DNA of 63,743 bases, counting the filler, from Pirum gemmata (taxonomy: Eukaryota): NCBI GenBank assembly GCA_002812295.1. It is 28 parts of 28 records of this genome, joined end to end, with 100 filler letters (N's around TTAATTAATTAA, not from the genome) between each part and the next. Parts side by side here need not be neighbours in the genome. Positions count along the whole stretch, not along the records: positions 61,143 to 63,743 come from PDIN01008471.1; 27 more parts are not named here. One strand, 5' to 3'. Position 1 is the stretch's first letter. The number at the start of each line of letters is the position of its first letter. Of the stretch, positions 62,771 to 63,743 are shown piece after piece. The notes under the pieces are model-generated. The model did not search any database. It was not told where the DNA came from and worked only from the letters and a program-made list of their open reading frames with translations. A program made the position numbers and the translations under genes.

Positions 62771-63648
62771 TATTCATTATATTTTTTTGTTATTGTTTTG
62801 AAAATAGGTAATTCTGAACAAGCTTTGAATTTAATTTTAAATGAGAAAGAGAAAGAGTTAACTAATTTAAGACTTCAACTTAATCAACAAACCACAGAAA
62901 ATGCGGAATTACGCTTAAGAAGTGATGTGGTAACCAAAGGGAATACTGATAATACTGATACCCAGGTAGTTAAGGTTAAGGTTAAGGTTAAGGTTAAGAT
63001 TAAGATTAAGGTTAAGGTTAAGGTTAAGGTTAAGGTTAAAGTTAAAGTTAAAGTTAAAGTTAAGGTTAAGGTTAAGGTTACGGTTACGGTTACGGATAAG
63101 GTTAAGGTTAAGGTTAAAGTTTAAAATTTAAATAAAAGTTAAAATTAAAATTAAATGTTACGGTTAAGATTAAGGTTAAGATTAAGGTTAAGATTAAGGT
63201 TACGATCAAGGTTAAGATTAAGGTTAAGGTTAAGGTTAAGGTTAAGGTTAAGGTTAAGGTTAAGGTTAAGGTTAAGGTTAGGGTTACGTTAACCCTTAAC
63301 CATTAACTCTTGACCGTTAAACCGTTAACCGTTTACCCTTTAACCCTTTAACCCTTTAACCCTTTAACCCTTTAAACCCTTTAAACCTTAAACCTTAACC
63401 CTTTAACCCTTTAACTCTTTAACCCTTTAACCCTTTAACCCTTTAACCCTTTAACCCTTTAACCCTTTAACCCTTTACCGTTAACCGTTAACCGTTAACC
63501 CTTAACCCTTCACCCTAACCCTAATTTTTTTTTTCCTCTTTATTGTAGTTATGTAATAATTGTATACAAAATTCTGGCTCTCGTTCATATCAAACTTGCA
63601 AATCTTGTGGTCAAATAAGTAACCAATCATCATCACCTTTCGATCTTG
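61216..63648 (+). CDS. Spliced coiled-coil protein with a CxxC..CxxC segment; four exons (61216-61277, 62170-62251, 62808-62965, 63549-63648)
   Basis: All junctions are GT-AG and phase-compatible: QTTIEMKRQYDADIMNSRKE/IMSLRESKR..HNR/GNSEQALNL..TDTQ/LCNNCIQNSGSRSYQTCKSCGQISN.. Confidence 0.7.
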
Positions 63649-63743
63649 GTATTTCCACCCTCACCCTAACCTTAGAACCTAACCGTAAACCGAAATCCTA
63701 AATCCTAAACGCCAACCCTAACCCTAACCCTAACCCTAACCCT

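Overview
This window is not one locus. It is about 28 short (mostly ~2.1 kb) AT-rich contigs joined by an artificial 100-nt spacer (N44-TTAATTAATTAA-N44), so gene neighbourhood across spacers is meaningless. The source is an intron-rich eukaryote. It has TTAGGG-type repeats, GT-AG introns, a folate-synthesis (HPPK) exon, an SLC38A9-like exon, a YDxP-repeat protein and an integrin-beta/Sib-like tail. Together these suggest a non-animal protist, possibly a unicellular holozoan (inference). Recognisable host genes, mostly partial spliced fragments reconstructed by hand, are: histone H4 with a 7-aa deletion, two amino-acid transporters, a synaptojanin-like inositol 5-phosphatase, a DMGDH/sarcosine dehydrogenase-like enzyme, HPPK, a coiled-coil/CxxC protein and secreted Cys-rich proteins. 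Two contigs look viral. One is a tightly packed NCLDV-like trio (T7 gp2.5-like SSB, membrane protein, acidic protein) with an AAAATTGA early-promoter motif. The other is a GIY-YIG/HTH/unknown cassette. The window also holds several MITE families, a decayed non-LTR retrotransposon and many microsatellites. The most interesting items are the virus-like contigs, the Sib/integrin-like TSP1 receptor, the tandemly copied exon end in the SLC38A9-like gene, telomere-like repeats filling introns, the H4 helix deletion, and the modular LRR gene. All family calls come from motif recognition, not database searches.
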